From NCBI GenBank assembly GCA_965261085.1, contig OZ253442.1:640001-704000 (forward strand): DNA of 64,000 nucleotides, in the 5' to 3' direction. Position 1 is the stretch's first letter. Each line of letters begins with the position of its first letter. Shown one piece after another: positions 8,554 to 17,521 of the stretch. The notes under the pieces were generated by a model, which searched no databases, had not been told where the DNA came from, and saw only the letters and a list, made by a program, of their open reading frames with translations. This DNA comes from a bacterium (lineage in GTDB: Bacteria; UBA8248). Position numbers and translations under genes: made by a program.

Positions 8554-9405
8554 TTGCTGGACGAAGGACTCATCCAAGGGGCGATGGCGGAACTGGAAAT
8601 CGACGGCGACCTCGCCGCCGGCCTGCTTTCCGGCTTCATTCGGGACGAGGTCTCGAAAGTGGGCGTGCAAAAACTGGTTCTGGGTCTTTCGGGCGGAATC
8701 GACAGCGCGCTTTCCGCCTTTCTGGCGGCGGCGGCCATGGGGGCCGAGAACGTGACGGGCGTCATCATGCCCTACCGCCTCTCGAACCCCCAGAGCGAGG
8801 CGGATGCGCGCGCCGTAGCGGCGGCCAGCGGCATCCACATCAAGGTGGTGGACATCTCGCCTCAGGTGGATGCCTATTACGAGCGCTTCCCCGATGCCGA
8901 CAACCTCCGCCGGGGCAACAAGATGGCCCGTGAGCGGATGACGATTCTCTACGATCATTCCGCCATGCTCGGCGCCCTGGTGGTGGGCACGAGCAACAAG
9001 ACGGAACTCCTGCTCGGCTACGGGACCCTGTTCGGCGACATGGCGAGCGCGGTGAACCCCATCGGCGATTTGTTCAAGACGCAGGTGCGCCAGCTCTCGC
9101 GCCACGTCGGCGTGCCCGCGCAGGTGGTGGAAAAGGCCCCGAGCGCGGATTTGTGGGTGGGCCAGACCGACGAGCAGGAACTCGGCTACACCTACGAGGT
9201 GGCCGACGCCGTCTTGTACCGGATGATCGACTGCCGCTACGCGCGCGAGGAGTTGCTCGGCGAGGGCTTCCCGCCCGAACTCGTGGACGGCATCCAGCGC
9301 CTGGTGCAGCGCAGCCAGTACAAAAGGCGCCTGCCTCTCATCGCCAAGCTCAGCCAGCGGACGATCGACCGCGATTTCCGCTACGCCCGAGATTGGGGAC
9401 TGTAA
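8554..9405 (+). CDS. nadE: NAD+ synthetase, synthetase domain only (start may be ATG 8584)
   Basis: [48 protein letters not shown]. Confidence 0.95.
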   Translation: MLDEGLIQGAMAELEIDGDLAAGLLSGFIRDEVSKVGVQKLVLGLSGGIDSALSAFLAAAAMGAENVTGVIMPYRLSNPQSEADARAVAAASGIHIKVVDISPQVDAYYERFPDADNLRRGNKMARERMTILYDHSAMLGALVVGTSNKTELLLGYGTLFGDMASAVNPIGDLFKTQVRQLSRHVGVPAQVVEKAPSADLWVGQTDEQELGYTYEVADAVLYRMIDCRYAREELLGEGFPPELVDGIQRLVQRSQYKRRLPLIAKLSQRTIDRDFRYARDWGL

Positions 9406-9546
9406 TCCCCGGCGCACTTGATTCGACCCCGAAACTATGTCAATATAGGTAATTGAAGGTCGATTACTCCTTGGATATTCTCATACATGCGGCTCGGGAC
9501 GCGTGATTTTTTTGATCTCTAGGACTGCAACGACAGGGGGGGCGAA

Positions 9547-10005
9547 ATGGCGGCACTGAGAGAAGGAGCGAAAGCCCCCGCCTTCGCTTTGAGAGACGGG
9601 AACGGCAAGGTGCATCGGCTCTCGAAATACAAGGGCCAGAAGGTCGTGCTCTACTTCTACCCGAAGGACAACACGCCCGGGTGCACGACGGAGGCGCGGG
9701 ACTTCAATAAACAACTGCAGAAGATACAGGGGAAAAACGCGACCGTCATCGGCGTCAGTCCCGATAACGAGGTCAGCCACAAGAAGTTCTCCGAGCAACT
9801 GGAACTGGACTTCACCCTGCTGGCGGACCCAGACGGCATGATCTCCTCGAGATACGGGGCCTACGGCGAGAAGACGATGTTCGGTGAAAAATTCAACGGC
9901 ATCTTCCGCACCACCTACATCATCGATGAGACGGGCGTCATCGAGAAGGTCTTCAAAGACGTCAAGGTGAACGGGCATACGAAAGACGTACTCAAAGCCC
10001 TTTAG
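9547..10005 (+). CDS. bcp: thioredoxin-dependent thiol peroxidase (BCP/PrxQ)
   Basis: VVLYFYPKDNTPGCTTEARDF, GIFRTTYIID. Confidence 0.93.
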   Translation: MAALREGAKAPAFALRDGNGKVHRLSKYKGQKVVLYFYPKDNTPGCTTEARDFNKQLQKIQGKNATVIGVSPDNEVSHKKFSEQLELDFTLLADPDGMISSRYGAYGEKTMFGEKFNGIFRTTYIIDETGVIEKVFKDVKVNGHTKDVLKAL

Positions 10006-10022
10006 GGAATCCTGCATCCCTT

Positions 10023-10058
10023 TCGCCTCGCTTCCTCCGGGAAGCGGGCGATTTTTTT
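10023..10058 (+). terminator. intrinsic terminator after bcp
   Basis: TCGCC(T)CGCTTCC-TCCG-GGAAGCGGGCGA stem followed by T7. Confidence 0.65.
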
Positions 10059-10152
10059 GCGCGGCGTCCTCCTGCGCGGCTCAAAGAGGTGGTGATGGGT
10101 TCGTAGGGGCGGCCCCGAGCAGGGACCGCCACCTCTTCCGTATTGGCCGACC

Positions 10153-10236
10153 GTAGGGACAACCCCCCGTGGGTTGTCCGCCCGCCCGAATGTTCGCCGT
10201 GGTGGTACGAGGACAGGCGCAGGCGCCTGTCCCTAC
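10153..10236. repeat. GTAG-type REP pair
   Basis: GTAGGGACAACCCCCCGTGGGTTGTC ... GGACAGGCGCAGGCGCCTGTCCCTAC; matches 1011-1088. Confidence 0.7.
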
Positions 10237-10272
10237 GGCTGCACCCCACCTTGCCCGCGCCTCACCTTTTCC

Positions 10273-10300
10273 CGTCATTCCGGCGTATGCCGGAATGACG
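10273..10300. repeat. GTCATTCCGGC palindrome
   Basis: CGTCATTCCGGC-GTAT-GCCGGAATGACG perfect hairpin. Confidence 0.75.
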
Positions 10301-10328
10301 AACCAAAACCCTTCCCTCAGTTGCAAAC

Positions 10329-10370
10329 CGCAGCCCCTCCTTCATCAGTCGCAGCCCCTCCTTCATCAGT
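10329..10370. repeat. 21-bp tandem duplication
   Basis: CGCAGCCCCTCCTTCATCAGT x2. Confidence 0.85.
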
Positions 10371-10591
10371 CGGGGCTGACCCTCAAGGGGGGAGTAATTC
10401 GGGGCCCCTAGGGGCAATTCTTCCTTTCCAGTCGTGAATGACCCCAACCTCACCTACCCTTTTCCCGGATTCCCTGCTAAAAGACGCGGACATGAGGCCC
10501 GCGTGCGCATTGGGTGTTCTCACGGACGGCCCGCACGGAAGCGTCGGCGGGACGGAATTTTAATTTCTGATCATAAGAGGGGGCGCAAGAA

Positions 10592-11062
10592 ATGGCGATT
10601 CGGCCGAAAGAACTACCCGAAACCACGGAGAACTGGGCGGAAGCCGACTTCAAGGGCCATGCGAAGAGCATCGTCACCCTCATGCGCGGATACACCCTGG
10701 TGATGGACGAGCCCAAGCACCTGGGCGGCTCGGGCGAGGGGCCCTCGCCCATGGACTATCTCGTGACCTCGCTGGCGGGCTGCACGGCGGTGATTCTGGA
10801 AAGATGCGCCATGGCGGCGAAGCTCGATATTGGTTCTCTCAAGGTGAAATCCACCATCGTCTACAGCCCGAGGGGAATAGCGGGCCAGGAGGGTTACCAA
10901 TCGAACCCGAGCGAGGCGCATAGTGAAATCTGGATCGAGATAGAAGCGACGGAAGAGCAAGTAGAGGCGCTCAAGGCGGCGTATTTCCGCAGATGTCCGG
11001 TGTACAATTTGTACAAGGCCAGCGGGTGCGCCATGCGCGACACCTGGCATGTGAACGAATAG
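10592..11062 (+). CDS. OsmC/Ohr family protein
   Basis: MDEPKHLGGSGEGPSPMDYLVTSLAGC ... RRCPV. Confidence 0.88.
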   Translation: MAIRPKELPETTENWAEADFKGHAKSIVTLMRGYTLVMDEPKHLGGSGEGPSPMDYLVTSLAGCTAVILERCAMAAKLDIGSLKVKSTIVYSPRGIAGQEGYQSNPSEAHSEIWIEIEATEEQVEALKAAYFRRCPVYNLYKASGCAMRDTWHVNE

Positions 11063-11249
11063 GGTGAAACCCGACCGGAGAGGGGGGGGGGTGCCGACTG
11101 ACTCAGGAGAGGCTGCCCGACTGAGGAATGAGGGTTTGATCCGCGCATTTTCCCGCATTCGCCCTCATGGTGGGGCGCGGGCGTGTGGCAGTATCCACCC
11201 GCGAACCCGTGAATCGAGTCGAGACGGAATTGTTGAAAATATCGATAAA
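11016..11249 (+). repeat. 234-bp direct repeat, copy 1 (OsmC 3' end plus downstream)
   Basis: matches 13481-13714 with 4 substitutions. Confidence 0.95.
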
Positions 11250-11269
11250 ATAGGGAATTATATACTAAG

Positions 11270-11461
11270 TTACCCACTGGCAGGCGGATGATTCTCTTTG
11301 GCTTCAAACTTGCCGCACCAGTTGTTTTGATGAATGACTGGCCAATTATCGTCTGTTAAATTTCCGACTGGCGGGTTGATTCTACAGAGACCATATTCAG
11401 GCACCACTTCGATAGTTCCTTCCAAATCAAAATACACGCAATTCTTGCAGGCCCTTACCAT
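11270..11461 (-). CDS. small Cys-rich passenger protein
   Basis: CKNCVYF...GLCRINPP...WP...WCGKF, 63 aa. Confidence 0.6.
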   Translation of the reverse strand: MVRACKNCVYFDLEGTIEVVPEYGLCRINPPVGNLTDDNWPVIHQNNWCGKFEAKENHPPASG

Positions 11462-11466
11462 AAGAT

Positions 11467-11616
11467 TCAAGCCGTTTTCTTCTTTTCCAAGTAACGCCAC
11501 TTCTTTTTTGGGGGCCGTTGCATGATGGCACGGGCCACGTTCTCGGGAGTATCGGGGATCGGCGGTGGCATTTCCTTTTCGACTGGACGGCCACGGGGTT
11601 TCTTTTCTTCGGGCAT
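11467..11616 (-). CDS. small basic protein with AT-hook-like motif (IS passenger)
   Basis: MPEEKKPRGRP...PIPDTPENVARAIM; GAGG upstream. Confidence 0.6.
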   Translation of the reverse strand: MPEEKKPRGRPVEKEMPPPIPDTPENVARAIMQRPPKKKWRYLEKKKTA

Positions 11617-11814
11617 GGTAGGTTCCTCGCATCTGATTCTATCTGGCTTCATGCTAGGGTAGTGTAATGGAAATAGGCTGGAAATGGGAAGCCCTTTGAT
11701 GTAAATTTGAAACATTATAAAAGATACAGGAAAACATTTCTTTTGAAATTGGGTATAGTTCATGAAAATATACGAGCATTCTGAAATTTCGGTATGCATC
11801 TGCTCTATCAATAA

Positions 11815-12171
11815 ATGAACGCCATGAAATTTTTCCAAGGGAAACTTTTTCAAGGAATAATGATTTTCTGCAACTGCGTATTTCTAATTGTCTTCGTTGT
11901 GGTGCTGACGACACCATATTTTTTGAATTTAATATCTGCTTATTCACTCCCTACAACAAATCACCTTAAGATATGGATGACATTCGTCCAGATAGGTTTG
12001 ACCAGCGTTATCATCATGTTGATCATATTAGGTGTGATATCATTTCAAAGGATGGATAGGTTAGAAGAAAGAGACCATTCAAGTAGAGTTACGAGTGGAC
12101 CAACTCAAGAGAAGGAGCCCCATGATGCACAAACCAGAGAATCCCACAGATTACCTCCAAGGACAAGTTGA
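11815..12171 (+). CDS. hypothetical membrane protein (IS passenger)
   Basis: two hydrophobic segments; AT-rich; weak support. Confidence 0.3.
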   Translation: MNAMKFFQGKLFQGIMIFCNCVFLIVFVVVLTTPYFLNLISAYSLPTTNHLKIWMTFVQIGLTSVIIMLIILGVISFQRMDRLEERDHSSRVTSGPTQEKEPHDAQTRESHRLPPRTS

Positions 12172-12406
12172 TTTTATCAATTTCTTCTGCGCTTTTTGGG
12201 CGTCGAAAATGCCGTTGCTTGTACCCGAATTAAGAGATGATTTTTTGCAAGCATACCATTCGTTGGAAAAAGAACCCACGGGGGACTACAGAGTGGGGCT
12301 TGAGGAGAGCTTTACACGGATATGCGGCGAAAAGGAAATTTCTTCACGCCAACTAGGATCGCGTTCTTTCGGTAGCGGCAGGGAATTAAATGAAGCTATC
12401 GGATGA
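12122..12406 (+). CDS. hypothetical protein (IS passenger)
   Basis: AAGGAG RBS before ATG 12122. Confidence 0.45.
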   Translation: MMHKPENPTDYLQGQVDFINFFCAFWASKMPLLVPELRDDFLQAYHSLEKEPTGDYRVGLEESFTRICGEKEISSRQLGSRSFGSGRELNEAIG

Positions 12407-12608
12407 GGAAAGGGCGATACTCCATACACTTGCCGTTATTTGCAGAGTTTTGATGGAGGAAACAGACCAGAAAGACAAGTTAGCGAAAACGATCGAAGAA
12501 ATCTACAACGACGTTCTAACTGATCATCCTTCTGCAGAATATGAAGAAGTCGCGCAAAGGTTATTTCATTATTTCTTTGGCAAAGAATATGTACGCCGAG
12601 ATGGATAA
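12390..12608 (+). CDS. hypothetical protein (IS passenger)
   Basis: helical 72-aa ORF overlapping the previous ORF. Confidence 0.45.
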   Translation: MKLSDEERAILHTLAVICRVLMEETDQKDKLAKTIEEIYNDVLTDHPSAEYEEVAQRLFHYFFGKEYVRRDG

Positions 12609-12640
12609 TCGACCCCCGCCCCAGCCTTGATTTATAGATT

Positions 12641-13489
12641 TTACGCCACCAAGTCTTTATAGCGGAGCCTCTTGCCGTTCATGCCGAGAACCATGGATTG
12701 CATCTGTTCGATGGTATCCATGGGGCGGAGATTATGGCGTCCTGCAAATTCATTCACATATCGTTGCAGGTGCTTCCGGCTCATGTTGTGATAGACGCCA
12801 TGATACCCTCTTTTGAGCATAGACCAAAATGATTCAATCCCGTTTGTGTGAGCCATGCCGTTTACATACTCTTTGGCGGAATGCCGTACGCTTTCGTGCT
12901 TGTATTCGCCGCCGTACTCATCGCCAAGGTGGACGTAACCCCGATTTTCGTCGGTGAAAAGCGTGGCTCCCGGAACGACATTCTCACGAACAAATTTCTT
13001 GAGAGTCTCGCCTTTTCCATCCTCAAGAACATCGGCCTTCACCCGTCCGGTTTCCCTATCCTTTGCGCCGATGATTCCCGTCTTATTCACGGGGCCGCGC
13101 CCTTCCTTCGTCCGCTTTGACGTGGGCTTGTTTTTCTCAAGGCCACCAATATAGCTTTCGTCAACTTCCGTAGGGCCGGAAAACAATCCGCCGTTTTCCT
13201 GCCACGTCTCCCGGATACGATGCGCCAAGTGCCACGCGCTCTTTTGTGTGATGCCGAGATCGCGGTGCAACTTCATGGATGATACGCCCTTGAGGTTCGT
13301 GGTGGAAAGGTAAATCGCAATCGCCCACTTTTGAAATCCGAGATTAGACCCTTGCATGAGTGTTCCGGTCTTTACCGAAAAATCCTTGCGGCAATCTGAA
13401 CACCAATACGGGAGGGGCTTTTCATTCGGAACAGGAGATACTTTGATGCTTCCGCAATGAGGGTAGTATCGCTCCTGATTAGGCCAGCG
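12641..13489 (-). pseudogene. IS1595-family DDE transposase lacking its N-terminus
   Basis: frame extends upstream of ATG 13357 as RWPNQERYYPHCGS...YWCSDCRKDFSVKTGTLM (Zn ribbon); EVDESYIGG, TDE, HTNGIESFW, YVNEFAGRHN. Confidence 0.9.
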
Positions 13490-13714
13490 GGTGCGCCATG
13501 CGCGACATCTGGCATGTGAACGAATAGGGTGAAACCCGACCGGAGAGGGGGGGGGTTGCCGACCGACTCAGGAGAGGCTGCCCGACTGAGGAATGAGGGT
13601 TTGATCCGCGCATTTTCCCGCATTCGCCCTCATGGTGGGGCGCGGGCGTGTGGCGGTATCCACCCGCGAACCCGTGAATCGAGTCGAGACGGAATTGTTG
13701 AAAATATCGATAAA
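13481..13714 (+). repeat. 234-bp direct repeat, copy 2
   Basis: copy of 11016-11249. Confidence 0.95.
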
Positions 13715-13786
13715 TTCACGAGGGTTTTCGATAAAAAAATAAAAGTTATGTCATTGATATATATGGAGTTAAGGTGTAATTAAGGC

Positions 13787-14173
13787 CTATTCCGCGCGGA
13801 GGATGCTCCTCGCTTTTTCTCCCTCGGGCGTCACGGCCAGCACCTCGAGACTCGGCCGCGCCGGGCTTCTCGTGAGCAGGAGTTCCACGGGCTCATCCAG
13901 CGCCATGATCTCATGCACTTCTCCGGGCGGGAACTGCACTAGATCGCCGGGCGCGGCCTCTAAGACCTCTCCTTCCACGGCGATGCGGAGACTGCCCTTC
14001 AGGAGATAGAGGAATTGCTCGTCATGGTGATAGTGCGGGTTGGAATGGCCGTTCGCCTCCATGCGGAAAAAACCGATGGTGGTATGGGCGCCATCGACCC
14101 AGGCGGCGTTTGCGGTCACGTAGTCGGCGGCCTTTCCCTGCTCCTGTCCGGCGAGATTTCTGTATATCGGCAT
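13787..14173 (-). CDS. cupin domain protein
   Basis: PHYHHDEQFLYLLKG...FPPGEVHEI; GGAGG before ATG 14173. Confidence 0.85.
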   Translation of the reverse strand: MPIYRNLAGQEQGKAADYVTANAAWVDGAHTTIGFFRMEANGHSNPHYHHDEQFLYLLKGSLRIAVEGEVLEAAPGDLVQFPPGEVHEIMALDEPVELLLTRSPARPSLEVLAVTPEGEKARSILRAE

Positions 14174-14333
14174 GACGTGAACTCCCCTCCATGAGGTGAT
14201 GATCGGTATACGCGGTGTCGGGCGTATTCTAACGGCATGGACTCGCAATCTGTCCAACGCCCATGTATATTTGTTCGACATAATCAATGGCGAGCATATC
14301 CTGCGCTACATAGAGTTTTTCCGGAGGTATTTC

Positions 14334-15368
14334 GTGAGCGCTCCTCCCGTGGATGAGTTCGAATATTTCTTTGAAAAACCCTGGTCGGACGGCCTGCCGG
14401 TCATCCCCCCGACGGAAGAGCGCCTGGGACTCATGCTGGCGGGTACGAGCCGCGCTCCGGACGAAGTCATCGGGGACGTGCCCCCGCTGCTGGCCCAGGC
14501 GGACGTTCGGACGATCGCCGTTCATGCCGTCATGGCCGGATGCAAACCGGAGTATATGCCCGTTCTCATCGGGGCGGTCGAAGCCATTCTGGAAGAAAAA
14601 TTCAATGCGGGAGGCGTGCAGGCGACGCTCTCATGCGCGGCCCCGCTTTTGATCGTGAACGGCCCTTACGCCAGGAAAATCGGCATACACGGCGGGCTCG
14701 GCTGTTTCGGTCCGGGAAATCGCGCAAACGCGACGATTGGCCGCGCCATCAGGCTTTTGCTCCTCAACGTAGGCGGCGGAATACCGGGTATCACCTCGAT
14801 GAGCACGTTTTCACAACCGGGGAGGTTCACGTTCTGCATCGCCGAGAACGAAGAGGAAAGCCCCTGGGAGTCTCTTGCGCTGACGAAGGGTTTTGGCGCG
14901 GACGCGGACGTCGTCACCGTCGTGCATGTGGAAGGCCCCGTCATGGTCTGGGATGACGTGAGTAACGACCCCGAACGAATGTTCCCCTCCATTGCGGACA
15001 CCATGTCGCATTTGGGCGCCTGGAATTGTTGGGCCAGCACCGATTTGGTAGTGGCCATGAGCCCGCAGCAGGCTGCGATTTGCGCGAAGAGGGGGTATTC
15101 CAAGGCGGATGTCCATGGACGCCTTTGTGAAATCGCGGGCCGCACGGTGGGCGAGCTCAAAACGGGAGGGCATTTCAGGGAAAATCGGATCAAGGATTTT
15201 CCGATCCCTGTAGATTTGGAAGATGACGATGCGTTTGTTCCGGCGATAAAAGAGGCCCAGAGACTGCTCTTGATCGTGGCGGGCGGAATTCCGGGGCCGA
15301 TGACGGCCGTGATGCACGGCTGGAACGGCAGTAGCCACTCTGTATCCCGTTCATTTGAATCCTGGTGA
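14334..15368 (+). CDS. uncharacterised WSDGLPV-PT family protein (UGSC-associated), paralogue 1
   Basis: GGAGG before GTG 14334; WSDGLPVIPPT, AVMAGCKP, NGPY, GCFGPGNRANATIGRA, ENEEESPWE. Confidence 0.85.
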   Translation: MSAPPVDEFEYFFEKPWSDGLPVIPPTEERLGLMLAGTSRAPDEVIGDVPPLLAQADVRTIAVHAVMAGCKPEYMPVLIGAVEAILEEKFNAGGVQATLSCAAPLLIVNGPYARKIGIHGGLGCFGPGNRANATIGRAIRLLLLNVGGGIPGITSMSTFSQPGRFTFCIAENEEESPWESLALTKGFGADADVVTVVHVEGPVMVWDDVSNDPERMFPSIADTMSHLGAWNCWASTDLVVAMSPQQAAICAKRGYSKADVHGRLCEIAGRTVGELKTGGHFRENRIKDFPIPVDLEDDDAFVPAIKEAQRLLLIVAGGIPGPMTAVMHGWNGSSHSVSRSFESW

Positions 15369-15393
15369 TGCCCGTATATTTCAGGGGAGGTGA

Positions 15394-16428
15394 ATGGTTT
15401 TGAACGATCCTCAAGATGAATTCGAGTTTTTCCTGGAAAAACCCTGGTCGGACGGCTTGCCAGTCGTCACGCCAACGGAAGAGCGCATAGAGCGCATGCT
15501 TTCGGGCACGAAAAGAAGTCCAGGCGAGTTCATAGGTCACGTTCCTCCCGCCATGGGCGAGGCTACGGTCCATAGCGTGGCGGTTCATGCGGTAATGGCC
15601 GGCTGTAAGCCCGAGTATCTGCCGGTCGTTCTCGGCGCTACCTCCCTCATGCTTCGCGATGAGTTCAACATGAACGGCGTGCAGGGTACCATGCATGGTG
15701 TGGCGCCACTGATGATCGTGAATGGCCCTTATTCCGAGCAAATCGGCATTCACGGAGGAAATGGCTGCTTTGGCCCCGGCTTTAGGTCCAACGCTTCCAT
15801 TGGACGAGCCATTCGCCTGATTCTCATGAATCTGGGCGGGGGCATCCCGGGCGTTTCTTCTATGACGATTTTCGGCACGCCGCTTCGCTACACCGCGTGC
15901 ATCACGGAAAACCTTCAGTTTCACCCCTGGGAGACGCTCGCTGAATCCAGAGGATATCGGGCGGATGAAAATGTTATTACCATGGCTATGGTGGAAAGCC
16001 CGCGCCTGACTTTCGATGACGTCAGTGAGGAGCCCGAGCGCCTGCTCCGGGGAATCGCCGATGCGATGACGGGCTTGGGTTCCTGGAACATGCATGCGCC
16101 CAGGACCGACATGGTCGTCGCCATGAACCCCCAGCATGCGAAAATTTGCTTTGACGGCGGTTTTACGCACTCGGACGTGCATCAGCGGCTGTGTGAATTG
16201 GCCGGCCATAAGGTAAAAGATCTGAAACGCGGCGGCAACTGGCGACGCGCGCGCGCGCTGGATATGTATATCCATGTGGATCCCGATGATGATGATTTTT
16301 TTGTCCCCGTCATCAAAGACCCCCGCGATCTCCATTTTATCGTCGCGGGCGGCTGGGGTTCCGGCAGCGCGGTCTGCCATGGGTGGAGTGGTGGCAGCCG
16401 CGCCGTTCATGGGGCCTATGAAGTGTAG
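15394..16428 (+). CDS. WSDGLPV-PT family protein, paralogue 2
   Basis: same motif set; GGAGG RBS. Confidence 0.88.
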   Translation: MVLNDPQDEFEFFLEKPWSDGLPVVTPTEERIERMLSGTKRSPGEFIGHVPPAMGEATVHSVAVHAVMAGCKPEYLPVVLGATSLMLRDEFNMNGVQGTMHGVAPLMIVNGPYSEQIGIHGGNGCFGPGFRSNASIGRAIRLILMNLGGGIPGVSSMTIFGTPLRYTACITENLQFHPWETLAESRGYRADENVITMAMVESPRLTFDDVSEEPERLLRGIADAMTGLGSWNMHAPRTDMVVAMNPQHAKICFDGGFTHSDVHQRLCELAGHKVKDLKRGGNWRRARALDMYIHVDPDDDDFFVPVIKDPRDLHFIVAGGWGSGSAVCHGWSGGSRAVHGAYEV

Positions 16429-16469
16429 CGCCGGAGCGGCCATGACGAACAGAACGAAGTCATATTCCT

Positions 16470-17486
16470 ATGGATGAATTTGAGTTTTTCTTCCAAAAAC
16501 CCTGGTCGGATGGTCTTCCGGTAATCCCCCCTACCCAAGAGCGAATGGACGCGATGCTCTCGGGCACGAGACTTGAAAAGTCAGATACCATTGGTTTGGT
16601 GCCGCCCCTCATGGGTCAGGCGAGCGTAGGCGCGATTGCCGCACACGCCGTAATGGCGGGGTGTGAGCCTTCGTTTTTGCCCGTCGTTATTTCAGGCCTC
16701 CAGGCGCTCCTTGCACCAAAACTCAACTTAAACGGCGTGCAGGGCACAATGCACAGCGCGGCCCCTTTGATTATCGTGAACGGGCCTTATGCGAGAAAAA
16801 TCGGTCTGCACGGAGGCACAGGGTGTTTTGGGCCGGGTTTTCGGGCGAATGCGACGATCGGACGCGCTATCAGGCTCATTCTCATGAACTTGGGCGGAGG
16901 TGTGCCGATTTCCGCCTCGATGAGCACGTTCGGCTCACCTGCCAGATATACATTTTGTATTGCCGAGAATGAAGCGGAAAGCCCTTGGGAGCCATTTTCC
17001 GTCACGAGAGGATTTCTTCAGGATGACGATGTTGTAACCGCCGTGATGACGGAAGCGCCCCAAGGGTATATTGATGATTATTCCAAGGAGCCAGAATCTT
17101 TTTTCGTGGGTCTGGCGGATAAAATATCCACATTAGGCTCGCTGAATATATGGCTTAAGACCCAGGTCGTTGTCGCTTTGGGCCCGGATCATGCGCGTAT
17201 GTGTGCGGAAGCGGGCCTTGATAAAGGAGATGTTCATCGCCGGATAGTTGAACTTGCATGCAGGCCTCTCGGAGAACTCAAGAGATCGGGCTATTGGCGC
17301 GAAAATATGATGGCCAAATGGCCATTTGATATCGACCCGCAGGATGATTCGGTTATGGTACCGGCGATTAAGGATGAAGATGATCTGTTGCTTGTTGTTG
17401 CAGGAGGCACCCCCGGGCCGGTAACGGCCGTCATGCCCGGCTGGGTGGATGGGAGTGAGGCGGTCTCGACGGATTATCAACCATAA
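16470..17486 (+). CDS. WSDGLPV-PT family protein, paralogue 3
   Basis: same motif set. Confidence 0.88.
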   Translation: MDEFEFFFQKPWSDGLPVIPPTQERMDAMLSGTRLEKSDTIGLVPPLMGQASVGAIAAHAVMAGCEPSFLPVVISGLQALLAPKLNLNGVQGTMHSAAPLIIVNGPYARKIGLHGGTGCFGPGFRANATIGRAIRLILMNLGGGVPISASMSTFGSPARYTFCIAENEAESPWEPFSVTRGFLQDDDVVTAVMTEAPQGYIDDYSKEPESFFVGLADKISTLGSLNIWLKTQVVVALGPDHARMCAEAGLDKGDVHRRIVELACRPLGELKRSGYWRENMMAKWPFDIDPQDDSVMVPAIKDEDDLLLVVAGGTPGPVTAVMPGWVDGSEAVSTDYQP

Positions 17487-17521
17487 GCGCTTCAGTCGGG
17501 ATAATATTTGAGGATGAACGT

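Larger units (their letters stand above)
11253..13489 (-). mobile_element. truncated IS1595-family element with passenger genes
   Basis: IS1595 transposase; candidate terminal IR GGGAATTATATACTAAG at 11253-11269; AT-rich interior; other end not found. Confidence 0.8.

Noticed and set aside
3900-11250. CRISPR array among the many short repeats
   Set aside because: Repeats are irregularly spaced, mixed in orientation and lack unique spacers of constant length; no cas genes
15190-16443. 417-aa minus-strand ORF and similar long antisense ORFs (8536-9417, 19236-20195, 44315-45397)
   Set aside because: Shadow ORFs opposite well-supported genes, with no recognisable motifs
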